Shown here: positions 19,954 to 27,852 of the stretch, piece by piece
Position numbering within the stretch: position 1 is the first letter of the stretch
How the letters are laid out: the number at the start of each line of letters is the position of its first letter
DNA from: Vulcanimicrobiota bacterium
GTDB taxonomy: Bacteria > Vulcanimicrobiota > Vulcanimicrobiia > Vulcanimicrobiales > Vulcanimicrobiaceae
Length of the DNA stretch: 64,000 nucleotides
NCBI GenBank assembly: GCA_963719905.1
Contig: CAVRDR010000007.1
Location: 21,386 to 85,385, forward strand
Direction of reading: 5' to 3'
Made by a program: the position numbers and the translations under genes
The notes under the pieces: generated by a model
Databases searched by the model: none
Seen by the model: only the letters and a program-made list of their open reading frames with translations
Told to the model about the DNA's origin: nothing

Positions 19954-21849
19954 TTACAAGTCCAGGTTCTTGACGCTTTTGGCGTAGTCGAAAATGTATT
20001 GCTTGCGCGGCTCGACTTTGTCGCCCATGAGATCGGTGAATATTTGTTCCGCTTCGACCGCGTCTTCGACCATAATTTGTTTCAAGCGCCGGTGACCGAC
20101 TTCCATCGTCGTTTCGGCGAGCTGCTCGGCGTCCATCTCTCCGAGTCCCTTGTATTGCTGGATCACGAAATCTTTGCCATCCTCGCCGACGATGGATTTG
20201 AGCTCGGCTTCGTTAAAGGCCCACCACTGCTTCTTTCCCTTGCGGATTCCGTAGAGCGGCGGCTGGGCGATGAAGACGTATCCCTGTTCGACGAGCGGCC
20301 GCATCTGCCGGTAGAAGAAGGTCAGAAGCAGCGTCCGGATGTGCGAGCCGTCGACGTCGGCATCGGTCATAATGATGATCTTATGGTACCGCAGCTTCTG
20401 CACGTTGAACTCATCGCCGAAGCCGGTACCGAGCGCCGTGATCATCGTACGGATCTCTTCGTTGGCAAGCACCTTGTCGAGACGCGCCTTCTCGACGTTG
20501 AGAATCTTGCCGCGCAGCGGAAGGATTGCTTGATTGTTTGGATCGCGTCCGCCCTTGGCGGTGCCGCCGGCCGAATCGCCTTCGACCAAGAAGAGCTCGC
20601 TCTCGGCCGCATTGCCGTTTTTGCAGTCGACGAGCTTGCCGGGGAGTCCCGAGCCCTCAAGAGCGTTCTTGCGGCGTGACAGATCGCGTGCTTTCTTGGC
20701 GGCATCGCGCGCTCGCTGAGCCTGCATGCACTTGTCGACGATCGCGCGGGCGTACTTCGGGTTCTCTTCTAAAAAGAATTCCAAACGCTCGTAGACGAGC
20801 CCGGCGACGATGCTGCGAACCCTCGCGTTTCCAAGTTTGGTCTTTGTCTGCCCTTCGAACTGCGGGTCTTGAAGCTTCACGGAAACGACGGCCGTCAGCC
20901 CTTCAACGATGTCGTCGGTCGAAAGCGAGTTGTCCGACTCCTTGAGCGCGCCGCGCTTGCGGGCGTATGAGTTGACGGCGTTGGTAAGAGCCTGGCGGAA
21001 GCCCTGGAGGTGCATGCCGCCTTCGATGGTTCCGATGTTGTTTGCGTAAGAGAATATTTGGTCGGCGTACGTGTCCGTATACTGCATCGCGACTTCCACG
21101 TCGACGCCGTCTCGCTCGGCATGGGTCGAAATGATCGGATGCAGCGGATCCTTCTTTTCATTGAGCCACTCGACGAAGGAGACGATGCCGCCGTCGAATG
21201 TATACGTACGTTCGCGAACGGCTTCTCCTCGCTCGTCACGAAGCGTGATCGAGAGTCCGCGGTTGAGAAAGGCAAGCTCGCGCAACCGCTTTTGCAGGAT
21301 GTCCCAATGAAACTCGGTGACCTCGAACATCTCGGTATCGGGTTTAAACCACTGTAGCGTTCCCGTGCCGTCCGTCTTGCCGATTTTCTTGAGCTTTTGT
21401 ACGGTGACTCCGCGCTCGAACTTCATCTCCCAGACAAACCCGTCGCGCTTGACCTGCGTCACCATCCATTCGGAGAGCGCGTTTACGACCGAGATGCCGA
21501 CGCCATGCAGACCGCCGGAAACCTTATAGCCGCCTTTTCCAAACTTAGCCCCGGCGTGCAGGATCGTCATCACCACTTCGACGGCCGGAAGCTTCTCTTC
21601 GGCGTGGAGGTCAATGGGAATGCCGCGTCCGTCGTCCTCGACCGAGCATGAGAGATCCTTATGCAGAACGACTTTCACGTTGCGCGCGTATCCGGCCAGA
21701 GCCTCGTCGACGGCGTTGTCGACGGCCTCGTAGACGAGCTGATGCAAGCCACGCTCCGCGGTATTGCCAATGTACATGCCCGGGCGCTTACGCACGGCTT
21801 CAAGCCCGCGTAAGACCTCAATCTGCTCGCCGGTATAGTTCGTTGACAT
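19954..21849 (-). CDS. gyrB: DNA gyrase subunit B
   Basis: 631 aa. GLEAVRKRPGMYIG, GGLHGVG, EGDSAGG, PLRGKILNVEKA, IMTDADVDGSHI. Confidence 0.97.
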   Translation of the reverse strand: MSTNYTGEQIEVLRGLEAVRKRPGMYIGNTAERGLHQLVYEAVDNAVDEALAGYARNVKVVLHKDLSCSVEDDGRGIPIDLHAEEKLPAVEVVMTILHAGAKFGKGGYKVSGGLHGVGISVVNALSEWMVTQVKRDGFVWEMKFERGVTVQKLKKIGKTDGTGTLQWFKPDTEMFEVTEFHWDILQKRLRELAFLNRGLSITLRDERGEAVRERTYTFDGGIVSFVEWLNEKKDPLHPIISTHAERDGVDVEVAMQYTDTYADQIFSYANNIGTIEGGMHLQGFRQALTNAVNSYARKRGALKESDNSLSTDDIVEGLTAVVSVKLQDPQFEGQTKTKLGNARVRSIVAGLVYERLEFFLEENPKYARAIVDKCMQAQRARDAAKKARDLSRRKNALEGSGLPGKLVDCKNGNAAESELFLVEGDSAGGTAKGGRDPNNQAILPLRGKILNVEKARLDKVLANEEIRTMITALGTGFGDEFNVQKLRYHKIIIMTDADVDGSHIRTLLLTFFYRQMRPLVEQGYVFIAQPPLYGIRKGKKQWWAFNEAELKSIVGEDGKDFVIQQYKGLGEMDAEQLAETTMEVGHRRLKQIMVEDAVEAEQIFTDLMGDKVEPRKQYIFDYAKSVKNLDL

Positions 21850-22721
21850 TACGTTCTTCGTTTTTGATTCTTTACGGCGCCGCCTTCGCGCGACGACTGG
21901 CCATAGAGTAGTTCGTGCAGCTCATCGCCTAAGATGCTTCGCACGGTTGCGGGTACGATCTGCTCAGGAGGAAGTTTGCTTCGCAAAAGCACGTAGGCAC
22001 TCGCAACGATCCGCTCGCGGCCATCGCGCGAGAGCTGCTTCGCCGCGCGAGCCCGCGCAAGCATCTCCCACCAGTGCGCTAGCAACCGGGTGCGGATCCG
22101 CTCGTACTCCTCTAGCTGTAACCCGCAAACCAGTGCGGCCGTTCCGGAATATCCCAACCAGGGCGCTTCGAACATCAGCTGAGCGGTCGTAGCGGTGAGC
22201 CGCTCGGTGCGCGCGGCCGCGCAGATCTGGCAGAGGGAATCCGCAGCCGGTCCGACGAGGACCCGGCACCCGGCACACTCCTTCCACCCCTGCTCGCGCC
22301 GCGCGTCACGGTGCTGCTCGACGTCCCGCCGAAAGCGCGCCAGAGCTTCGCCGGGGGAGGCCGAATCCGGGCGATCGCTCACCGAGCGCGACGCCGCAAA
22401 GCCCTGCCGATTCGCACCACCCCTCCGGCGCGGGAGCAGCCTGCCAACGCGAAACCGCAGATGCTCGATGCCGGCATCGGGCAGACGCGCGGCGACCGCC
22501 CGCAGCAGATGCTCGGCTAGGAAGCTGAGCTGGTGACTCCACGCACTCGAGCGGGTCGTAACCGTGAGGGTACCGTCGGCAACGCGCGCCGGATGCGAGT
22601 TCTGCGCGACTTCGCAACCAACGATCTCTTCCCAACCCGCTTCGAGCAACGCGATCGGCGGCTGCCCTGCAGCCGTTTCCGACGGCTGCCACTGCGCGAT
22701 CGCCTTCGAGAGCTTTAGCAT
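21849..22721 (-). CDS. DUF721/DciA-like protein with C-terminal Cys4 and helical extension
   Basis: Trimmed to ATG 22721, 1 nt after the recF stop. N-terminus MLKLSKAIAQW...WEEIVGCEVAQNSHPARVADGTLTVTTRSSAWSHQLSFL matches the DUF721 pattern. Classic recF-DUF721-gyrB position. CAGC...CQIC motif further on. Confidence 0.6.
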   Translation of the reverse strand: MLKLSKAIAQWQPSETAAGQPPIALLEAGWEEIVGCEVAQNSHPARVADGTLTVTTRSSAWSHQLSFLAEHLLRAVAARLPDAGIEHLRFRVGRLLPRRRGGANRQGFAASRSVSDRPDSASPGEALARFRRDVEQHRDARREQGWKECAGCRVLVGPAADSLCQICAAARTERLTATTAQLMFEAPWLGYSGTAALVCGLQLEEYERIRTRLLAHWWEMLARARAAKQLSRDGRERIVASAYVLLRSKLPPEQIVPATVRSILGDELHELLYGQSSREGGAVKNQKRRT

Positions 22722-23824
22722 GTCGCGGCGGTTTGCACGCGGCCCTGCGAGATGCGCGCGAGATGCGCGCTTGTGGGCAGCCCTGTCGGCAGATGCGTCG
22801 CCGTGATAAAAGCCTGCTCGTATTCGCCGATTTCGGCCAAGAACGCTGCGGCACGCTCTTCGTCGAGCTCCGAAAGCACGTCGTCGAGAAGCAGGAGAGG
22901 TGCTTCGCTCGACCGCTCGCACATCACGGCGTATTCGGCCACCTTCAGTGCTAGGACCGCGGTGCGCTGCTGCCCTTGGGAACCGTACGCAGCTAGCGAG
23001 AGTCCGTCAAGCGTTAAGCCGATGTCGTCGCGATGCGGACCGGCGATTGCGCTCTTGCGCAAGCGCTCGGCATCGAGACAGTGCGCCAGCCGCGCTTCGA
23101 GCGCGGCGCTTATTGCATCGCTCGTGGGCTCGATAAAGGCGACGTTGGGCTCGTACTCCACTTGGAGCTCCTCGGTGCGCGCAAATCGCTCGTGCGCGCG
23201 GCGTGCGTTTTGGGAGAGTGCACGAATCAACGCGTGGCGCGCCAGCATGATTTGCGTTCCGGCCTCGACGAGCGTGCGGTTGTATGTCGCCAGCAGCTCC
23301 GGATCGGCTTCAATCGTTCCGCGAAGCAATGCACTTTTCTGTTGCACGGCCTTGCGGTAGCGCGCAAGCTCGTGATAGTAGCGCGGTTCACTTTGCGACA
23401 AAGCGCTGTTCAAAAAGGCACGGCGCGCGCTGGGCGTGCCGCTTGCAAGCTGCAAGTCGGCCGGTACGAATGTTACGACACGCATTCTGCCGAGATAGCC
23501 TGCATAGCGGACGCTGTTCGCGTTGACCGTGTACGTTTTGTGCGTTCCTCGGCTCGACCGCTCAATCGCGCAGGCCAGTTCGACCCGTCCGGCGTGGACC
23601 GACGCTACGCCGCGAAGTACGGCGCTTTCGCAGCCTTGGCGCACAACATCGGCCTCCCGCACGGTTCGAAACGATTTCCCAGTTCCGAGCATTGCAATCC
23701 CCTCCAAGAGATTGCTCTTCCCCTGCGCGTTGGCTCCGACGAAGACGTTCAGCCCCGCCGCCGGTTCGATCTGGAGTTCGGAGTAATTTCTGAAATCCGA
23801 AAGCGTCAACCGCTCGAGCAACAC
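22715..23824 (-). CDS. recF: DNA replication and repair protein RecF
   Basis: Trimmed to GTG 23824, just after the dnaN stop. (V)LLERLTLSDFRNYSEL, Walker A GANAQGKSNLLE, signature GSQGQQRT, Walker B LLLLDDV. Confidence 0.93.
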   Translation of the reverse strand: MLLERLTLSDFRNYSELQIEPAAGLNVFVGANAQGKSNLLEGIAMLGTGKSFRTVREADVVRQGCESAVLRGVASVHAGRVELACAIERSSRGTHKTYTVNANSVRYAGYLGRMRVVTFVPADLQLASGTPSARRAFLNSALSQSEPRYYHELARYRKAVQQKSALLRGTIEADPELLATYNRTLVEAGTQIMLARHALIRALSQNARRAHERFARTEELQVEYEPNVAFIEPTSDAISAALEARLAHCLDAERLRKSAIAGPHRDDIGLTLDGLSLAAYGSQGQQRTAVLALKVAEYAVMCERSSEAPLLLLDDVLSELDEERAAAFLAEIGEYEQAFITATHLPTGLPTSAHLARISQGRVQTAATC

Positions 23825-23825
23825 A

Positions 23826-24947
23826 TTACTGTCGCAGCGGCATAAGCACGTAGAGCTGCTGGCCGCTCTCCAGCGATTCGAGCGGCCGAATTGCGGCGGG
23901 TGAGAGCGGCCCCAAGAACTCGATGACGGTTTTGTCGCTCTTGATGTGGTTGAGAATCTCGACCAAGTACCGGGCGTTGAACGCGATGGTGAGATCTTCG
24001 CCCTGCTGCTCGATCTCGAGCTCCTCGTATGCGTTGCCCGAAATATCGGAGCTGGCGGTGACCACGAGCGTCTGATTCGCAAAAGCGAGTTTCACCATGC
24101 TGGCACGATCGCCGGCAACGAGCTCGGCTCGACGAAGGCTCCCGATCAACAGCGGCGTGCTTACGGTTATGGCGCGATCGAACTTTGCGGGGACGACTTG
24201 TTGATAGTTTGGATACTGCCCGTCGACGAGGCGGACGGTGATCGCGACGTCGCCGCTGGTCATTTGAAGCTGATTGCTCTGGGCGCCGAGCGCATTCACC
24301 GCGATCTGCTCGCCGCTGCCGAGGTTGCGCGCCGCTTCGGCGAGCGCTCGCGAAGGCACGATGAACTTCTCGGTCGCGGCACTGTTCTCGAGAGTCGTGA
24401 CGAACTTCGCGAGCCGGTATCCGTCGGTCGCGACCATCGTCAGCGCGTTGCCTTCCACCTCAAGTAGCGTGCCCATCAAAACCGCCCCGCGCGCCTCTTC
24501 GCTCGAGGCCGCAAAGATCGTGGCATCGATACCGTCACGGAAACGCTTTCCACCGATCTCGAACTGCGCACCCCGTGCGGCGGCAGGCAGCGGCGGGTAT
24601 TCATCGGCGGGAAGTGCGTGAAAGTCGTAATTGCTTCGTTCGCACTTTACGCTGGCGCGCGTTGGGGTGCCGGTAAGCTCGAGCGTGCCCGGCGACAGGT
24701 TCCCGAGGTAACTCGCAAAGAGCTTGGCAGGAACGGTCACCGACCCGCCTTCGCTCACCTGCGCCGGAAACGCATGCTCGAGGGTCAGCTCGAGATCGGT
24801 GGCACGCACCGCGATCTTTCCGCCATCGGCTTGGAGCAGGACGTTGGAGAGAATCGGCACGGTGGTGTGCGCATTGACCACTTTACTTGCGGCTGCCACC
24901 GCCGTAGCGATGTCTTTCGTCGTGCAGGTGAATCTCATCGTTTCCAC
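23826..24947 (-). CDS. dnaN: DNA polymerase III beta sliding clamp
   Basis: 373 aa, MRFTCTTKDIATAVAAASKVV..., three-domain clamp length, dnaA-dnaN-recF order. Confidence 0.95.
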   Translation of the reverse strand: METMRFTCTTKDIATAVAAASKVVNAHTTVPILSNVLLQADGGKIAVRATDLELTLEHAFPAQVSEGGSVTVPAKLFASYLGNLSPGTLELTGTPTRASVKCERSNYDFHALPADEYPPLPAAARGAQFEIGGKRFRDGIDATIFAASSEEARGAVLMGTLLEVEGNALTMVATDGYRLAKFVTTLENSAATEKFIVPSRALAEAARNLGSGEQIAVNALGAQSNQLQMTSGDVAITVRLVDGQYPNYQQVVPAKFDRAITVSTPLLIGSLRRAELVAGDRASMVKLAFANQTLVVTASSDISGNAYEELEIEQQGEDLTIAFNARYLVEILNHIKSDKTVIEFLGPLSPAAIRPLESLESGQQLYVLMPLRQ

Positions 24948-25170
24948 CGTTGGTCGTGCGCGCTCATTTTCCTAGGAGAGAAGAACGTAAAGCCGTAGCA
25001 GTAGTAAGGCGGTGCATTCTGCGAACAAGTCCGCATTCGCTTGTGTTTGCGCGGCTTTTACCTTGGGATAAGCCTGTGGGTGGAAGGCTGGAGTTCATGC
25101 ACTTTTCCACGACCCGCGTGCCGCCGGCACGCTATCCATGCCGAAAGGCCCAACCTTGTGCGCAGGGTGT

Positions 25171-26544
25171 TTAGGGATTCTGGCACATCGCGATGAGCTG
25201 GCGAATCTTGTTTCGGTAGGCCTCGTCCCGTTGCATCTGCTCCTTAATCTTATCCCGCGCGTACATAACCGTCGTATGGTCTTTCTTGCCGAACTCTCGG
25301 GCGATCTGCGGCAAGGAGTAGTTCGTCAGCTCCGTCGCGATGTACATAGCGATCTGCCGCGGCGCTGCGAGCCTTTGATCGCGGCGCCCGTTGTCCATCT
25401 CCTTGACGGTCAAGCCGTGCGCGCCCGAGACTGTCTCCTTGATTTTCAAGATCGTAATCCGATGCAATGGCGCTTGAGCGAGCGCGCTTTTCAAGACGTC
25501 GGCGGCGAGGTCGGTCGTGATTGGCGCTTTCGTGAGCGAGGCGTACGCGATCACTCTGATCAGGGCTCCTTCGAGCTCGCGGATGTTCGAGGGGATAACC
25601 TTCGCGATGAATGATGTCACTTCGTCGGGCACCGGAATGTTCTCACTGCCCGCTTTCTTGCGTAGAATCGCTTCGCGCGTCTCCAAGTCGGGCGCCTGGA
25701 TGTCGGTAAGCAAACCCCATTCGAATCGCGAGCGAAGCCGCGCCTCCAGCGTCTGGATCTCTTTGGGCGGACGATCGGAAGAAATTACCAGTTGGCGGCC
25801 CGATTCGTGAAGCGCGTTGAAGGTGTGGAAAAACTCTTCTTGCGTCGTTTCCTTTCCGGCAAGGAACTGGATATCGTCGATGAGGAGAACGTCGACCTGA
25901 CGGTAGCGATTGCGGAACTCGGGCGTACGATTGTTTTGCAGCGCGATGATAAATTCGTTGGTGAACTTCTCGCACGTAACGTAGACCACGTTGGTGGCGA
26001 GATTATCTTGAATAACCCGATGACCGATCGCGTGCATCAGATGCGTCTTGCCTAAACCGACGCCTCCATAGAGAAAGAGCGGGTTATACGCATGGGCGGG
26101 TGCACCGGCGACCGCTTGCGCCGCGGCATGTGCGAAGCGGTTGGAATTGCCGACGACAAACTCTTCAAAAGTGTAACGTGCATTGAGGTTTGCAGTACGG
26201 AACTCCTCAAGCGGGCGAGCCATGAAGCCGGCGACGGCGGCCCGCGTCCCCTCGTTTGGTTCAGCCACGGAGAGTCGCAGCTCGACGCTCGTGCCAAAGA
26301 GCTCGCTCAAAACGCCGATCATCTGCGCACGCAGCTTGCTTCCCACCCAATCTTGTGCAAACTTGCTATGCACCGCTAGGTGCAGCTCGTTTCCGTGGAA
26401 CGATATGAAGCGGATCGGTTTGATCCACATCTCGAAAACCGGTTTGGAAAAGGTTCGCTCTAAAGTCTCAAGTGCGGATTGCCAGAGCTCGGTTGAGATC
26501 TCGGAGTTGATCGCAAGCACCATCCTCTGCGTCCTCTGCTGCAA
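25171..26544 (-). CDS. dnaA: Chromosomal replication initiator DnaA
   Basis: AAA+ Walker A GGVGLGKTHL, Walker B LLIDDIQF, C-terminal DNA-binding helix KKDHTTVMYARDKI. The longest ORF starts at TTG 26544. ATG 26523 (MVLAINSEISTELW), preceded by GAGGA, is the more likely start. Confidence 0.97.
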   Translation of the reverse strand: MQQRTQRMVLAINSEISTELWQSALETLERTFSKPVFEMWIKPIRFISFHGNELHLAVHSKFAQDWVGSKLRAQMIGVLSELFGTSVELRLSVAEPNEGTRAAVAGFMARPLEEFRTANLNARYTFEEFVVGNSNRFAHAAAQAVAGAPAHAYNPLFLYGGVGLGKTHLMHAIGHRVIQDNLATNVVYVTCEKFTNEFIIALQNNRTPEFRNRYRQVDVLLIDDIQFLAGKETTQEEFFHTFNALHESGRQLVISSDRPPKEIQTLEARLRSRFEWGLLTDIQAPDLETREAILRKKAGSENIPVPDEVTSFIAKVIPSNIRELEGALIRVIAYASLTKAPITTDLAADVLKSALAQAPLHRITILKIKETVSGAHGLTVKEMDNGRRDQRLAAPRQIAMYIATELTNYSLPQIAREFGKKDHTTVMYARDKIKEQMQRDEAYRNKIRQLIAMCQNP

Positions 26545-26683
26545 GTAGCGTTAATAAGCGTTAAGAACATCACGCAGCGGGCCCCTACGACGAAGGAATC
26601 GGGCTGCGGCACCCCCGTAAGGGCGCAACCACTTGGCTTAATAAAGGCTTGCTCCTGCGAATTCTATGCACGACTTTATACAC

Positions 26684-26852
26684 TTATCCACAAGTTAGCG
26701 CGAACGGTATTTTGGGGATTTTTCCGATTTATGAACCTGGTCTGACCGCAGTCGAAACGTGCCCGAATTGTTCGGCAGAATAAGGCCGAAAGAATGCGAG
26801 CGAGGGCCCTGAGAGCGGCGTTCTCCACAAGCTTGTCCACAGGTGTGGAGAG
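26684..26852. promoter_or_regulatory. DnaA-box cluster within the 26545-27212 non-coding region (candidate oriC)
   Basis: TTATCCACA (26684-26692, perfect), TTCTCCACA (26821-26829), TTGTCCACA (26833-26841) and inverted TGTGGAGAG (26844-26852). An unusually AT-rich stretch at ~26640-26740 surrounds the perfect box. Gene orientation diverges here. Confidence 0.65.
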
Positions 26853-27212
26853 TAACGCCCTTCGCTCCTTTTTAAAAGCGGCCGAGCGCCGCTAAATTGG
26901 GTTGCGGTTAGCCAGGGGATGGACCGATAGGTCGCGCCCATTAAGCATAAACGGACGAACCCTGCAGAGGGAACCGCCCGCTCGCTGCCTTTACCTGCGG
27001 CGTTTGGAACACTATCGAGAGCAAAGGCTGTGGCCGGAGTTTTGCTCCAAGAGTCCGAGCGGCTCATTCCTATCGACGTCGTCGAGCGCAGGCAAGTACC
27101 GCCGAAAGGATGCAGGAAAGCATGCGCCATGGACGACCAAGGGAGGGCGGGATTCGAACCCGCCGGGCGCGCTCGTACCGGATCCCCGCTCGAACGTAAC
27201 CGACGTAGCATC

Positions 27213-27404
27213 GTGAGGAAATGGTTACCATGCGGCTTTTACGATCTTTTCCTCGTGCTGCTCGTGCCGCTCGCTTTCATCGGCGCACTGGCCAAGGTTC
27301 TTCAAAGCCGCGAATACGTCGCGGTCCTGCTTTCGACCGTCATCGTCGCCGCGATCGTCGCCCATTTTTTTGGACACCGCGCTAAAGATACCAAGGGCTA
27401 CTAG
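27213..27404 (+). CDS. Hypothetical small two-helix membrane protein (GTG start)
   Basis: In-frame GTG inside track ORF 27030-27404. The product [63 protein letters not shown] is strongly hydrophobic, unlike GC-driven shadow ORFs. No clear Shine-Dalgarno sequence. Confidence 0.25.
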   Translation: MRKWLPCGFYDLFLVLLVPLAFIGALAKVLQSREYVAVLLSTVIVAAIVAHFFGHRAKDTKGY

Positions 27405-27471
27405 CCAACGATTCCGTCGAGTCGCTACCGAGAGCAACCACAGCTCCTGGGCGCTCGCTCGAGCGCTCCGT

Positions 27472-27499
27472 TTGCATTTCCGGGCGGCTTTGTTACAAT
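27472..27499 (+). promoter_or_regulatory. Sigma-70-like promoter for rpmA (TTGCAT-16 nt-TGtTACAAT)
   Basis: -35 TTGCAT at 27472-27477. Extended -10 TGTTACAAT at 27491-27499. The ATG of rpmA lies only 9 nt after the -10 and has no Shine-Dalgarno sequence. Confidence 0.45.
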
Positions 27500-27508
27500 G
27501 GGCCGGCC

Positions 27509-27787
27509 ATGTTCGACTTTGATCTCCAACTCTTTGCCTCGAAGAAGGGCGCCGGGTCGACCCGGAACGGCCGCGACTCAAATGCGCAGCGGCTCGGGGT
27601 AAAGCGCTTCGGCGGCGAACGCGTGCTCGCCGGGAACATCCTCGTCCGTCAGCGGGGCACGCACTTCTATCCGGGCTCGAACGTCGGATTAGGTCGCGAT
27701 CACACGCTCTTCGCGTTGACCGACGGCATCGTCGAGTTCAGCAGCCGGAGCAAGCGCAAGCGAATCTCGGTGGTCCCGGCGGCGTAA
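27509..27787 (+). CDS. rpmA: 50S ribosomal protein L27 with 9-residue N-terminal extension
   Basis: 92 aa: [51 protein letters not shown]... Confidence 0.95.
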   Translation: MFDFDLQLFASKKGAGSTRNGRDSNAQRLGVKRFGGERVLAGNILVRQRGTHFYPGSNVGLGRDHTLFALTDGIVEFSSRSKRKRISVVPAA

Positions 27788-27808
27788 CGTCAGCACCCGC
27801 ACGCGAAC

Positions 27809-27829
27809 GGGGCCGTTAGGCCCCTTTTT
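27809..27829 (+). terminator. Rho-independent terminator after rpmA
   Basis: GGGGCC-GTTA-GGCCCC perfect hairpin followed by TTTTT, 22 nt after the rpmA stop. Confidence 0.7.
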
Positions 27830-27852
27830 GATGTCCGGCGAAAAATAGCGCT

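Noticed and set aside
25115-25135. Perfect 7-bp hairpin GCGTGCC-GCC-GGCACGC just downstream of the dnaA stop, considered as a terminator.
   Set aside because: No U-tract follows on the transcribed (minus) strand. It cannot be called an intrinsic terminator from sequence alone.
27131-27500. Possible tRNA or tmRNA (standard or permuted) anchored on the T-arm-like hairpin at 27147-27163.
   Set aside because: No complementary 5' acceptor strand, no anticodon or D arm, and no G3:U70 pair. A GACTCGACGG near 27410 only loosely resembles the tmRNA 5' motif and is not preceded by a matching acceptor. No convincing tag ORF ending in ...LAA. The hairpin is kept only as a low-interest finding.
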